Positions 29,318 through 38,178 of a DNA stretch of 64,000 bases are shown here, in pieces. Position numbers and translations under genes: made by a program. The notes under the pieces are model-generated. The model worked only from the letters and a program-made list of their open reading frames with translations. It was not told the origin of the DNA and searched no databases. The stretch spans positions 41,624 to 105,623 of IMG/VR virus record IMGVR_UViG_3300030103_005357; one strand, given 5' to 3'. The DNA is from a virus. Every line of letters starts with the position of its first letter. Position 1 is the first letter of the stretch.

Positions 29318-29587
29318 TTAATCGATTAAGAATGTACCACCTCCAAACATCCCCTCTTGAGATTTAGCCTCTGCCTTCAAGATCATTACAGCCCTCAAGT
29401 CGCGACCATCTTTTGTTGCAGGGCGAAAATCCAAAATCTTTTCTATTTGTTCCAGCTTCTGCCTGTCTCCAGTGATCGACAATCCATCAATCGTCTTGAA
29501 GATTCCCGCAGCTTTTAGAAACAGTGGGATTTCGTCTGGAGCTTCTTTTTTTAGTTTTTTAATTCGTTCGTGCATCATGGTATCCAT
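29318..29587 (-). CDS. Hypothetical protein
   Basis: 89-aa ORF. Confidence 0.55.
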   Translation of the reverse strand: MDTMMHERIKKLKKEAPDEIPLFLKAAGIFKTIDGLSITGDRQKLEQIEKILDFRPATKDGRDLRAVMILKAEAKSQEGMFGGGTFLID

Positions 29588-29813
29588 TTAGTGAGTTTTG
29601 TATGTAGTCTCTAATCTCGATGAACCACTCATCAGATAAATCCATTTGATCACAAAGGTCTTCTGGTATTGAGGCGCAAGCTATTTTAGCCATCTCTAAG
29701 ATGGTGACATCATATAACCAGCTTCGTCTGATTTTGGAAAGCTCGGGACCAGAGGGTCTGATCGGAAACGCCTCTGAGACGGTTTGGTACTGCTTTGGTT
29801 CTTCTTTTTTCAT
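29559..29813 (-). CDS. Hypothetical protein
   Basis: 84-aa ORF. Confidence 0.55.
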   Translation of the reverse strand: MKKEEPKQYQTVSEAFPIRPSGPELSKIRRSWLYDVTILEMAKIACASIPEDLCDQMDLSDEWFIEIRDYIQNSLNGYHDARTN

Positions 29814-29817
29814 AGTA

Positions 29818-30165
29818 TTATAGATTGCTGTATTTTTCCATCAACTCAACTTGAACGTGCTTGTTCCAGATGCTGTGCATAAGGTCGAACCAACCACCTC
29901 CACGTTCAGCTTCACCTACGGAAGAAGGGAAGACCGTTCTAAACTCCTCCATCATGGTATCTAGTTGAGATTCAAATTGAACCTGCTCAGGGCTAGCCTC
30001 CTCTTTCAACCCATCAACTAACTTTACAGCTTCATCAACCGTTATTAGCTCGCTCCCGTCGCCATTGTAAATGTTCTTCAGATCATTGGTCTCCATGTAG
30101 GATCGGAGTAGAGCATCTAGGAGTCTCTTTGTGCTTACTTGTTTTTTACTTACGTGTTTTTTCAT
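29818..30165 (-). CDS. Hypothetical protein
   Basis: Start moved to ATG 30165 downstream of TTGACG-17-TATGTT. Confidence 0.6.
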   Translation of the reverse strand: MKKHVSKKQVSTKRLLDALLRSYMETNDLKNIYNGDGSELITVDEAVKLVDGLKEEASPEQVQFESQLDTMMEEFRTVFPSSVGEAERGGGWFDLMHSIWNKHVQVELMEKYSNL

Positions 30166-30229
30166 GTCTGAGGGAAACATACCATGAAGCGGAAGGGCCG
30201 TCAAATTTAAATTAATTAAAAATTCAGAC

Positions 30230-30306
30230 GTAAGCCACTGATTAGCAAGGAGTTACGGCGAACGCCCCCGCCGCCGCCCGTAACCCGTTGATAGTCAACG
30301 AGTTAC
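30230..30306. repeat. Paired-palindrome element R2
   Basis: 27-bp palindromes at 30230 and 30280, spacer GGCGAACGCCCCCGCCGCCGCCC. Confidence 0.95.
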
Positions 30307-30315
30307 GAGGGTTTT

Positions 30316-30498
30316 TTATTTGGCAGATTTCATTTCTTCTTTTCGCTTTTTCCTATCGCCAAACCAACCAACATCTGGCGCTTGCATATTTCTGCGTCGC
30401 CAAAAATCGTGATAGGCTTTATTGAATTCTTCTCTAAAACCCCTTTTTAAAGTGGCGTATCTGTTTGCTTCTGAGAAGTCTGGTTTTATTGGTTCCAT
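30316..30498 (-). CDS. Hypothetical protein
   Basis: 60-aa ORF ending just before R2. Confidence 0.5.
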   Translation of the reverse strand: MEPIKPDFSEANRYATLKRGFREEFNKAYHDFWRRRNMQAPDVGWFGDRKKRKEEMKSAK

Positions 30499-30502
30499 GT
30501 TT

Positions 30503-30613
30503 TTATCTTTCTGTTCTGTCTATTCTTTCTCTTCTTACTAAAAGTATCAATCCGATAATGATCGTTGCCCAAAACCAAAATCCCAACCTTGCTAGTAATT
30601 TTATCAAATTCAT
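30503..30613 (-). CDS. Small single-TM peptide (36 aa)
   Basis: MNLIKLLARLGFWFWATIIIGLILLVRRERIDRTER; ATGA overlap with upstream gene. Confidence 0.5.
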   Translation of the reverse strand: MNLIKLLARLGFWFWATIIIGLILLVRRERIDRTER

Positions 30614-31314
30614 GCTGGCTCCACTACAAAACCCGTTTCATCTTTTTTTGCAAGACCTTTCTCAACTAATCCAACGATCACGCCCTTTTTATCTTTAAAG
30701 CGGAGGTCATTCTCATCACCATCGACGACGGGAAAACCAAGATAAGTTTTAGGAAGTGAACCACGGAAAACAACCGCGACATTCCCGCCTAGCGAAAGAA
30801 TCTTTTTTATTCTGTCATCGCTAGTCTCTTCACTGCGGGAAAAGGTCAGGTGGTAGTTTTTAGGCATCTTGCCATCAAGCCATTTTCTCATTCTATAAAA
30901 TCCCTTGGTGTAATCATAAAAATTTACCTCTGGAAACTCTTCGATCACACTTGTCTTGCTCCCCTTCTTCATATTCTCCCAAGGAATATCACTTGTCAGA
31001 TTGAGACGGAAACAAGGAGTGAGATTTTTTCTCGCGGCACTTTTGATAGCCTTTCCTATTTCAATTCTAAGATCCGACATGAAACCGAAGTTATCTTTAA
31101 AGAACCTCCGCGTTTTAGCGATTCTAGAATTTTGCACGTTGGACATACAACCGCGCCCCGCTGTATCTAAACAAGCTGCACGACATCCTGCGCTTGCCCA
31201 TTGGCAAACGTTAAATCCTGATTTAGTAGCAGGGGAAAGATGGAGACCGAACGTGCGGAATCCAACCTTTTCACCCTTAAGGGTTTTGGCGTTGCCTGAG
31301 TTAAGTAGTTTCAT
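30610..31314 (-). CDS. GP88-like phage protein (Cys-rich, radical-SAM-like)
   Basis: NVCQWASAGCRAACL..AGRG, FRLNLTSDI.WE, FYDYTK, YHLTFS, VDGDENDLRF. Confidence 0.75.
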   Translation of the reverse strand: MKLLNSGNAKTLKGEKVGFRTFGLHLSPATKSGFNVCQWASAGCRAACLDTAGRGCMSNVQNSRIAKTRRFFKDNFGFMSDLRIEIGKAIKSAARKNLTPCFRLNLTSDIPWENMKKGSKTSVIEEFPEVNFYDYTKGFYRMRKWLDGKMPKNYHLTFSRSEETSDDRIKKILSLGGNVAVVFRGSLPKTYLGFPVVDGDENDLRFKDKKGVIVGLVEKGLAKKDETGFVVEPA

Positions 31315-31316
31315 AA

Positions 31317-31667
31317 TTACCACCAGCAAGAATAAAAAACTTTGTCCCCCTCATCGATAGCCTTTAGACCGTCCTTGATAAAGTCGAGATCCTTCTCTTT
31401 TCTCCACTCGTCTTGACTGCTGTCAGCACCATAAAAGAAACCCATAGTTACTGGTAGTTTTCCAGCCTCAACCACTGCCCACAGACTTTCTAAATCCTCG
31501 GCAGTCAATTGCATGACTTCACAATTCAAATCGTTGGCTGGCTTTCCCGTTTTGAGAGTCCAGAGTTTTTCCATCCAGCCTTGCAAGGCGTTGTGCTTTC
31601 TCCAAGAGGCGAGTTCTACATCCTCTCCGTTGGAGTCCTGTCTATGTGCATATTGGTCTAATCCCAT
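31317..31667 (-). CDS. Conserved-looking phage hypothetical protein
   Basis: MGLDQY, WRKHNALQGWM, GFFYG, FYSCWW; promoter TTGTCT-17-CAAAAT-9-ATG. Confidence 0.7.
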   Translation of the reverse strand: MGLDQYAHRQDSNGEDVELASWRKHNALQGWMEKLWTLKTGKPANDLNCEVMQLTAEDLESLWAVVEAGKLPVTMGFFYGADSSQDEWRKEKDLDFIKDGLKAIDEGDKVFYSCWW

Positions 31668-31778
31668 AACGAAAGTATTTTGACAGGATGTTTCCTGAGA
31701 GACAAGAGTTTTTTTGATTTTTTATTATTTTAATTTGCGCTTGCACTCTTAGTTTTTTGTGATATGGAAACAATCCTT

Positions 31779-31855
31779 GTAACTCACTGATTGATAAGGA
31801 GTTACGGGGCGCGGCGGGGCGGTTCGCCGTAACTCGCTGGTAGTCAACGAGTTAC
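31779..31855. repeat. Paired-palindrome element R3 (spacer inverted)
   Basis: Palindromes at 31779 and 31829, spacer GGGGCGCGGCGGGGCGGTTCGCC. Confidence 0.95.
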
Positions 31856-31862
31856 GGAGTTT

Positions 31863-32072
31863 TTACTTAATGATTTTTTTACGATAGTTCTCTTCTATGC
31901 ATTCCGATGTGAAAGAATCGAGCCATCCGTTTGCCGTGTCTATGTCGCGATTAAGAGCGTAAACAGGAGTCCCATCCTCATGGCTGATGTGAATTTCCAA
32001 ATGCCCATCGCAATCACCTGCGACGGTGTGGCGTTGACCATTTAAGTGTACGGTCCATTTTTTAATCTTCAT
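31863..32072 (-). CDS. Hypothetical protein
   Basis: Start adjusted to MKIKKW. Confidence 0.5.
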   Translation of the reverse strand: MKIKKWTVHLNGQRHTVAGDCDGHLEIHISHEDGTPVYALNRDIDTANGWLDSFTSECIEENYRKKIIK

Positions 32073-32370
32073 CTGGCAATGGCTCAAAGGGAGCAAATGG
32101 TTCTTTCCCATATTCAAGGAAGTGCATATGCTGCTTTGCATATTGATAGACCTTGTTCATGGCTTCCTTCACTTCTTCTCTTTCTTGATAAGCTTTATCC
32201 CAAGCCTCATCGCCTAGAGGGTAGTAATCTCTCTGATGGAAGGTTGTATCAAAAAGCAATTTAATTTGCGCCTCGCTTACTGCTTCAAACAATTCATTGT
32301 ATTGTTTGCGTAGGCTGTCTTCTCCCGATCCATTCATATGGATGCAGGGCATTGTGTGTTCTTTAATCAT
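32062..32370 (-). CDS. Hypothetical protein
   Basis: P.IHMNGS...FHQRDYYP. Confidence 0.6.
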   Translation of the reverse strand: MIKEHTMPCIHMNGSGEDSLRKQYNELFEAVSEAQIKLLFDTTFHQRDYYPLGDEAWDKAYQEREEVKEAMNKVYQYAKQHMHFLEYGKEPFAPFEPLPDED

Positions 32371-32567
32371 GATTTTAATTCTTTTTTTCTTTCGTATTCA
32401 ACCATCTCCTCATCGATTCTAAAAGAGTCACCGATATAACTGCTTTCATCTGGCAATGGCAAGCTGCCATTTTCTGCGATGTTAACTGCTTCATCCCAAG
32501 ATTCTGCTTCTACCATCATTGTTCCGTAAACCTCCCATGAGCATGGGACTCCATATGTTTTTTTCAT
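32367..32567 (-). CDS. Hypothetical protein
   Basis: VEAESWDEA motif; ORF in tightly packed operon. Confidence 0.6.
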   Translation of the reverse strand: MKKTYGVPCSWEVYGTMMVEAESWDEAVNIAENGSLPLPDESSYIGDSFRIDEEMVEYERKKELKS

Positions 32568-32746
32568 AATCTTTCTGAATCATACCGTCGGATCAAAACA
32601 AAACCCAACTCTTTAAGTGCTTCTATGTCGCTAATTGTTAAAGTTTTTCTTCCTGTTAGTTTCCTTATAGAGTTCCTAACAGATTCTTCTTTTACATAAG
32701 TAAGTTCATTACCCCAAACTTCTTTTCTTATTACTTCTATTGTCAT
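32564..32746 (-). CDS. Hypothetical protein
   Basis: VWGNELTY..LTGRKTLT..DIEALKELG. Confidence 0.6.
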   Translation of the reverse strand: MTIEVIRKEVWGNELTYVKEESVRNSIRKLTGRKTLTISDIEALKELGFVLIRRYDSERL

Positions 32747-32750
32747 GGTT

Positions 32751-32966
32751 TTAGCTTTCGCGGTGAATTTGTGTAAAGCCTAGCTTATCAAACACTTCTG
32801 ATAGTTCAATCGCACCGTGTGTAGAGATAGGGATGCGAGTTTTCTTCTTATCAAAATCCCATTCAATGGAATATTCTAAGCCTTTATAGCCATCCTCTTC
32901 CCTTCGGACGCTAAAGGTCTTGTTGAAGTGTCCTGTCAATTTAATGGTTGGTGTTTCGTTGTTCAT
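32751..32966 (-). CDS. Hypothetical protein
   Basis: 71-aa ORF in operon. Confidence 0.55.
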   Translation of the reverse strand: MNNETPTIKLTGHFNKTFSVRREEDGYKGLEYSIEWDFDKKKTRIPISTHGAIELSEVFDKLGFTQIHRES

Positions 32967-32970
32967 AGTT

Positions 32971-33327
32971 TTATTCTGCGAAAATTACATAACCGTGCTT
33001 GTTGCCGCGAATCACAACAATTTCAGCTTCATGGATAGGATTGTTGCGCTCATCAATAAAGGTCTTAGCCTTATAAGGGTTGTAGGTTACAGAAGCATTA
33101 GGAACTTTCGAGTAAGTGATTTGATTAAGCTCCTCGCCTACAATTACAGCATGGACATTTTTTCTTTGTTCTTTTAAAACCCGCTGACGACCAGCTTCGG
33201 AGACTTTGAACTTGGCATTTTTAACAATGCACTGCTCTGCATGGCGAACTACTCTCCACGCACCATCAACTTTTTCTTGAATGCTTAGGCATCGCTTGTG
33301 GCGGTTGTAGTAAACTTTGATTTCCAT
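32971..33327 (-). CDS. Conserved-looking phage hypothetical protein
   Basis: VYYNRHK, FKVSEAGRQRVL..RKNVHA, TYNPYK; promoter TTGTCT-16-CAAAAT-9-ATG. Confidence 0.7.
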   Translation of the reverse strand: MEIKVYYNRHKRCLSIQEKVDGAWRVVRHAEQCIVKNAKFKVSEAGRQRVLKEQRKNVHAVIVGEELNQITYSKVPNASVTYNPYKAKTFIDERNNPIHEAEIVVIRGNKHGYVIFAE

Positions 33328-33400
33328 AACGAGGGTATTTTGACAGAATTTGATTTTAAGACAAGCCTTTTTTAATGTTTTTAATTAAAAAAAAATCTTC

Positions 33401-33477
33401 ATAAGTCACTGAACGATAGTGAGTTACGGCGAACGGACCCGCCGCCGCCCGTAACTCCTTGATACTCAATGACTTAC
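33401..33477. repeat. Paired-palindrome element R4
   Basis: Palindromes at 33401 and 33451, spacer GGCGAACGGACCCGCCGCCGCCC. Confidence 0.95.
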
Positions 33478-33555
33478 AGCGTTTTTTATTTCTGCAAGAG
33501 AAAACCCCGCCCCCCATGCAGAGGGGACGGGGTTAGCTATCGACCACGATGAAAA

Positions 33556-33669
33556 TTAAAAGGCCATCTTAAGAAGATGCACAACGCCGATAAAGGAGAT
33601 TAGCCCTGACAAAAGCAGAATGCAAGTAAAAACTACATTCTCGAAAAAAGTTCTATCCTGTTCTTTCAT
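33556..33669 (-). CDS. Small single-TM peptide (37 aa)
   Basis: MKEQDRTFFENVVFTCILLLSGLISFIGVVHLLKMAF. Confidence 0.4.
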   Translation of the reverse strand: MKEQDRTFFENVVFTCILLLSGLISFIGVVHLLKMAF

Positions 33670-33703
33670 GATAAGAAGCCCCCCTCGCGGGGGGCGTTAT
33701 AGG

Positions 33704-34459
33704 TTAGGCAGACAAAACAACTGCGGAAGCGCGATCCTCTTCAGTGATAACTGGGTTTGCCACCCTATCAAAGATTGATTGCATACGCATGGTGCGGTCA
33801 GACAACTTGGAAAGGTCGCTACCCTTGAGATTCTCGGTGACAGAATTGTAGAGAGTCCAGAGAGAGCCGCCCTTGAATTCTTCATGGCGAGGGTTGCGGA
33901 ACTCCTCAACTGCTTTGTAGATATCACGGGCGGGAAACGCTTTGGAATCGACAAGCTCGACAATCAAGTCAGAGGCAGACTCGACTTCAGTTTGCTGGTA
34001 AGACTCAATGCGCTTCGCCATGTCAGACCAATGATCTTTGACCTTGGCAACGGCAGAAGAAAGCACACGGGGAAGATCTGACAGAATGTTAGTGGTATGA
34101 CGGCGAGCCAGCTTCACATCAGAAGAGAAGCAAAGATTTTCACAAACCATCATTTGATTGCCAGCAGCAATAGAAGCAGCAAAAGATTTGTCGTGAGCAT
34201 TGCGAAGGCCCAAGACGATCTTGCGATCCTCTCCAGAAATGTCCTTACCCTTGAGGGCAAAGCCTCCGAAGTAACGAAGGCCACCACGGGCAAGAGCATG
34301 CTCTTCCTCGGAGACTTCAAACCCAGCGCGACCAATGGCATCGCGGGTCATATCCACCAACTTGCGGTGAGGGATTGGGGTATGGGTTGCGGTTGCTTCT
34401 GGGGTTTGGACTCCAGAAAGGGCTTCGGCATCAATTTTGTTTTTAGCGTAGATAAGCAT
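33704..34459 (-). CDS. DUF932 family protein
   Basis: THTPIPH, LGLRNAHDKS, VCENLCF, RRHT, SLWTLYNSVTE; start moved to ATG after TTGTGC-17-CATACT. Confidence 0.8.
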   Translation of the reverse strand: MLIYAKNKIDAEALSGVQTPEATATHTPIPHRKLVDMTRDAIGRAGFEVSEEEHALARGGLRYFGGFALKGKDISGEDRKIVLGLRNAHDKSFAASIAAGNQMMVCENLCFSSDVKLARRHTTNILSDLPRVLSSAVAKVKDHWSDMAKRIESYQQTEVESASDLIVELVDSKAFPARDIYKAVEEFRNPRHEEFKGGSLWTLYNSVTENLKGSDLSKLSDRTMRMQSIFDRVANPVITEEDRASAVVLSA

Positions 34460-34597
34460 AACGGCAGGAGTATGACCTAAAAAAACACTTTGCACAACAA
34501 CTAATTGAACAAAAATGAAAATAATTTGTAGGTCAGAATATTTTGCGGAAATAAATATTGACATACCCCCCAGCCTTATGATAGAGAGAAAACCTCC

Positions 34598-34674
34598 GTA
34601 ACTCACTACTACTCAACGAGTTACGGGCCACCGAGGGGCGCTTCGCCGTAACTTACTGATTGTCAATGAGTTAC
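34598..34674. repeat. Paired-palindrome element R5 (spacer inverted)
   Basis: Palindromes at 34598 and 34648, spacer GGGCCACCGAGGGGCGCTTCGCC. Confidence 0.95.
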
Positions 34675-34763
34675 GATGGTTTTACAGTAACTCCTAAAAA
34701 AACAAAAAAAACCCCTCCCACTGTCTAGAAAAGCGGGAGAGGTTTGGATAGTCAACCTTTCGA

Positions 34764-34970
34764 TTAACTAAGAGCAAACTTTTCGTTTAATGCGGAAACG
34801 TGCTTGCGTGTCCACTTCACATTATCCACGAAGTTTTCAAACTTATCATCTTGGACATCACCCATTCTTTCGGCTAGGTGTTGATGAACGAGACGCAAAG
34901 CATATTCAAGCATGATAGCCTGATCTTGGTTTCTCACTTCGATACGGACGGATTCAGTTGATTTAGGCAT
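34764..34970 (-). CDS. Hypothetical protein
   Basis: 68-aa ORF. Confidence 0.55.
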   Translation of the reverse strand: MPKSTESVRIEVRNQDQAIMLEYALRLVHQHLAERMGDVQDDKFENFVDNVKWTRKHVSALNEKFALS

Positions 34971-35014
34971 AATTTGACTTTAGTTTATAGTTTCTTATCT
35001 GTCAAGTAAAAAGA

Positions 35015-36028
35015 TTACTTGTTGTGCAGCTTGTTGTGCAGCTTGTGCATATCGAAGAAGAGTCTCTGCCAGCAGTTAGCTTTCCTGCCCGATACCGCTT
35101 TGATACCTTTTGACTCATATTTCAAAACCGCAAAGTGAAACTGAGTAAAAGTTTTTAGTTTGTCTTTTCTCGGATGATTGCCCCCAATGCTCCAAACACC
35201 ATTCTTGATGATTTTTTTGATGAGATCGATATCATACAGCCCTCCCAATCCTCTATCCTTGATAGAGTCTAGTAGAAACTGTGGCAATCCAGACCACATT
35301 TGCATTCCAAATTTCTTTTGGTCTGCTATCTCCTTACTGAATACGTGATCAATGATGACAACTGTGTCATTCATTACTTTCTTGATGATAGCAGCCCTTT
35401 CTTTTGGGACTAGCAATCTATTTTTTAACACTCCATTGATGGCAGCTAGGATCTGCCCATGAAAAGACGCAACATTAGCACCAAGATCAAGAGCTTTCTC
35501 TTTGGTCGGATTCAACGGATTGTAACCAAGTTTTTTGAAAAGTTTGATTATACCATGAATGTTATCAGGATCACTTTCTTTGAGTCTAGTGATTGCCTTA
35601 GCCTTAGCCCAAAAGCGAGCATTCACTTCCCATTGGCTTTTTGTTCTTGGGTCGTTAGCTCGCAAGCATCTTGTGATTGATGCTAGCGTATTGACGACCC
35701 TGCAATCAATAACATCATAAGGGGAAGCGCAAATTCTATGCTGACCATCAGTAATCTGAGGATAGTATTTGCCTTTATGTTTGTGCAGATAGATGTTGGG
35801 CAAATCGCAATCGTCATCATCCCAATTGTTTTTGATGTTCTCAATCTGACTCTTGTTCAATGCTCTTTGGAAGCTCTCATCGATTCCAATATTTTCTTTT
35901 TTGATTTGCGCTATCTTATAGATCCCCACCTTTTTAATCTGTGGAGCCTTAGATAGAGGCTTTGCGTTTAGACCGTAGTCTGTTACTGCTTTATGCGTGT
36001 TCTGATAGAACTTAGTTTTATTACTCAT
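35015..36028 (-). CDS. ParB/Srx-fold DGQHR-motif protein
   Basis: IDESFQR, ITDGQHR, N in RAND; basic C-terminal region. Confidence 0.7.
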   Translation of the reverse strand: MSNKTKFYQNTHKAVTDYGLNAKPLSKAPQIKKVGIYKIAQIKKENIGIDESFQRALNKSQIENIKNNWDDDDCDLPNIYLHKHKGKYYPQITDGQHRICASPYDVIDCRVVNTLASITRCLRANDPRTKSQWEVNARFWAKAKAITRLKESDPDNIHGIIKLFKKLGYNPLNPTKEKALDLGANVASFHGQILAAINGVLKNRLLVPKERAAIIKKVMNDTVVIIDHVFSKEIADQKKFGMQMWSGLPQFLLDSIKDRGLGGLYDIDLIKKIIKNGVWSIGGNHPRKDKLKTFTQFHFAVLKYESKGIKAVSGRKANCWQRLFFDMHKLHNKLHNK

Positions 36029-36218
36029 AACGTTTTTAGTTTCTTGTTCTTTGGTTGATGCCCCCGAATCAGTAGTTCATCAGCGACAGAGAGAGTCTAA
36101 CTGGATTTAGTTTATATGCAAGATTTTTTATTAATTTAAAATGCAGCTCAGAGTATTTCGCGCCAAATATCTCTTGAGACAATCCACCACCCCAAAAACA
36201 TAGTTACAAAAAAACCCC

Positions 36219-36295
36219 GTAAGTCACTGATAATCAACGACTTACGGGCGGCGGCGGGGCGCTTCCCCGTAACTCGCTGATTACCAACAAGTTAC
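36219..36295. repeat. Paired-palindrome element R6 (spacer inverted)
   Basis: Palindromes at 36219 and 36269, spacer GGGCGGCGGCGGGGCGCTTCCCC. Confidence 0.95.
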
Positions 36296-36305
36296 GAGGC
36301 TTTTC

Positions 36306-36560
36306 CTACTTAGTAGGATCGTCGCAAGCAGGGCCGACATCCCCATCGCGCCCCTCAGAGTGAAAAAAGTCTCCGTCACACTCGCACAACCACCAGCGCG
36401 AGCGCCTGACCTTCCCCCGCTTACCAGCCCAGTCGGGGCCACAAGCATCCTCCCAAGCTTCCTCGGGGGAGGTTCCGAAACCTTGATTCAACAGCTGAAG
36501 CCCAAAAGGGCAGGACTGCTTTTTAGAACGGACAACATAGTGTTTAGTAGTGCTGGACAT
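36306..36560 (-). CDS. Hypothetical protein
   Basis: Own promoter TTGCTA-17-TATTCT-6-ATG. Confidence 0.6.
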   Translation of the reverse strand: MSSTTKHYVVRSKKQSCPFGLQLLNQGFGTSPEEAWEDACGPDWAGKRGKVRRSRWWLCECDGDFFHSEGRDGDVGPACDDPTK

Positions 36561-36614
36561 GGGAGTAGAATAAACAGAAAATGCGATACTAGCAAGACAT
36601 TTTAAAATCTTTTT

Positions 36615-36854
36615 TTATTCTGCGTCGAGGTGATTTTGAAGAGCTTGCGCGTCTGCGGGTGACAGGCCATCCTCATCAGAAGACCATTCGGGATTGCGGT
36701 CGCCCATGTCGTTGTGGATCTGCGCGAGCAAATCTTGCATTACTTCGTCCGTGGGGTTGAAGTTGCCAGCGCGAGGTCCATCGTCAAGCATATCGCGCAA
36801 GTCAGTTTCATTCATAGGAGGGAGGGTATCAACAATAGGATTTTGAACTGTCAT
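36615..36854 (-). CDS. Very acidic small protein (possible DNA mimic)
   Basis: Asp-rich 79 aa; own promoter TTGACC-17-CATACT-6-ATG. Confidence 0.6.
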   Translation of the reverse strand: MTVQNPIVDTLPPMNETDLRDMLDDGPRAGNFNPTDEVMQDLLAQIHNDMGDRNPEWSSDEDGLSPADAQALQNHLDAE

Positions 36855-36991
36855 GGCGGGAGTATGGTTCAGAATTTATGATGGGTCAACCTATAAAAAC
36901 ATTTTTTTTGATTTTAATGTAGCTCAGGATATTTTTCGCCAAATATCTTATGGGGCAATCCACCCCAGAAACGCAGTCAGAAGAGAGCTTC

Positions 36992-37068
36992 GTAACTCAC
37001 TGATACTCAACGAGTTACGGCGAACCGCCCCGCCCCCGCCCGTAACTCCTTGACGCTCAACGAGTTAC
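36992..37068. repeat. Paired-palindrome element R7
   Basis: Palindromes at 36992 and 37042, spacer GGCGAACCGCCCCGCCCCCGCCC; supplies lysozyme stop codon. Confidence 0.95.
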
Positions 37069-37655
37069 AGCGTTTTATCTAACCACAAAGAAACTTCCCA
37101 TTTTCTCCGACGCTCCAAACCTTTTCGGATTTTTCCCGCTGCCATTCTATATTGAGGCATAACCACCTCAACGCTTTTATAGTTTCCATTATTGAGTCTA
37201 TTCTTTTTTTCGCAGACGAGTTTGCGAAGTGAACCTTGACCACAGTTGAAAGTAAAACTTGTGAGTGATGCCAATTGGTTTTCAGTCAATGGAACTTTTA
37301 CAATTCTCAACACATGATTTTTTGCGACAAGTAATTCTTCTTCTAACAGTTTTAATGCTTCGGCTTCTGTGATGGTGTCTCCCCACTTAACATTTTTGGT
37401 ATGCCCATAGCCGATAGTCATGACTCCACCACTGCAACGATATGCCTCAGACTTAAAACTCTCATATTGTTTTACCCTATCAAACATTTTATCCCAAGGG
37501 GAAACCTCTTTTTTATAAACTCGATTCGGCTTAACAAGCAAAGGGACATTCTCTTGCTTTTCGGCGATCATCGGGAGGATCTCTATTGGCTCCTCAGTAT
37601 TTAAGAGGAGATAAACTGATGTGGCTAGTAGTGTGATCATAAAAAGTTTTTTCAT
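37065..37655 (-). CDS. GH24 phage lysozyme with N-terminal signal/anchor
   Basis: YES...AYRCSGGVMTIGYGHT, LTENQ.ASL.SFTFNCG, GLERRRKWE. Confidence 0.88.
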   Translation of the reverse strand: MKKLFMITLLATSVYLLLNTEEPIEILPMIAEKQENVPLLVKPNRVYKKEVSPWDKMFDRVKQYESFKSEAYRCSGGVMTIGYGHTKNVKWGDTITEAEALKLLEEELLVAKNHVLRIVKVPLTENQLASLTSFTFNCGQGSLRKLVCEKKNRLNNGNYKSVEVVMPQYRMAAGKIRKGLERRRKWEVSLWLDKTL

Positions 37656-37656
37656 T

Positions 37657-37821
37657 TTATTTATTATCAAAGTGATTTCTCAACCATCCTTCGACGGCTT
37701 CCTTACCAAACCGATTATGTAAACGGCGCAGAGTAAAGTGGCTTCTACTTATTACACCATCAACCTCAAGCTCCGCGATGTATTCTTGCATGGCTTTTTC
37801 GAATTTTTCTTTTTCTGTCAT
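37657..37821 (-). CDS. Small hypothetical protein (54 aa)
   Basis: MTEKEKFEKAMQEYIAELEVDG...; fills gap in operon. Confidence 0.5.
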   Translation of the reverse strand: MTEKEKFEKAMQEYIAELEVDGVISRSHFTLRRLHNRFGKEAVEGWLRNHFDNK

Positions 37822-37823
37822 GA

Positions 37824-37967
37824 TTATTTTAATTCCTCCAATTCAACTTTTAACTCTTGGCACTCTTTCTGGAATTGACCTGAGACTTCGACGACCCTAT
37901 CGACCATCTTGTCCCAATTTTCTTCTGCTTTTGCCATCGCTGCCAATGCTTCTTCTGTCGCTGTCAT
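37824..37967 (-). CDS. Small helical protein, paralogue A (47 aa)
   Basis: MTATEEALAAMAKAEENWDKMVDRVVEV...; promoter TTGACC-16-TATACT-6-ATG; paralogue at 40485..40652. Confidence 0.75.
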   Translation of the reverse strand: MTATEEALAAMAKAEENWDKMVDRVVEVSGQFQKECQELKVELEELK

Positions 37968-38039
37968 GTGGGAAGTATATCAGAAAATGTGATGAGGTCA
38001 ACCCCTAAACGCACTTTTTTAATTTATTTTTAGGGAAAT

Positions 38040-38178
38040 TGGTCGCTCTAAAAGGACTTGCACCTTTATCTTTCTCGCCCGAACCATTGGGGTTGCGGTG
38101 ACTTTCTCGCCGAGATTATCATCGAGCGTGTTATTGAAGAGGTCGTGGAGATTGTCTTGCTTGTTAGACTATAGAGCT
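38040..38178 (-). ncRNA. tRNA-shaped RNA with 71-nt insert replacing the anticodon loop
   Basis: Acceptor (A)GCTCTA/TAGAGC(G)-A-CCA, D-stem GTCT/AGAC, T-arm AAAGG-TGCAAGT-CCTTT; own promoter TTGTCC-17-TATAAT. Confidence 0.7.

Noticed and set aside
36030-36090. Hammerhead ribozyme in the leader of the DGQHR gene (CTGATGA...GAAAC on - strand)
   Set aside because: No stem II pairing between the two core motifs and no evident stems I and III
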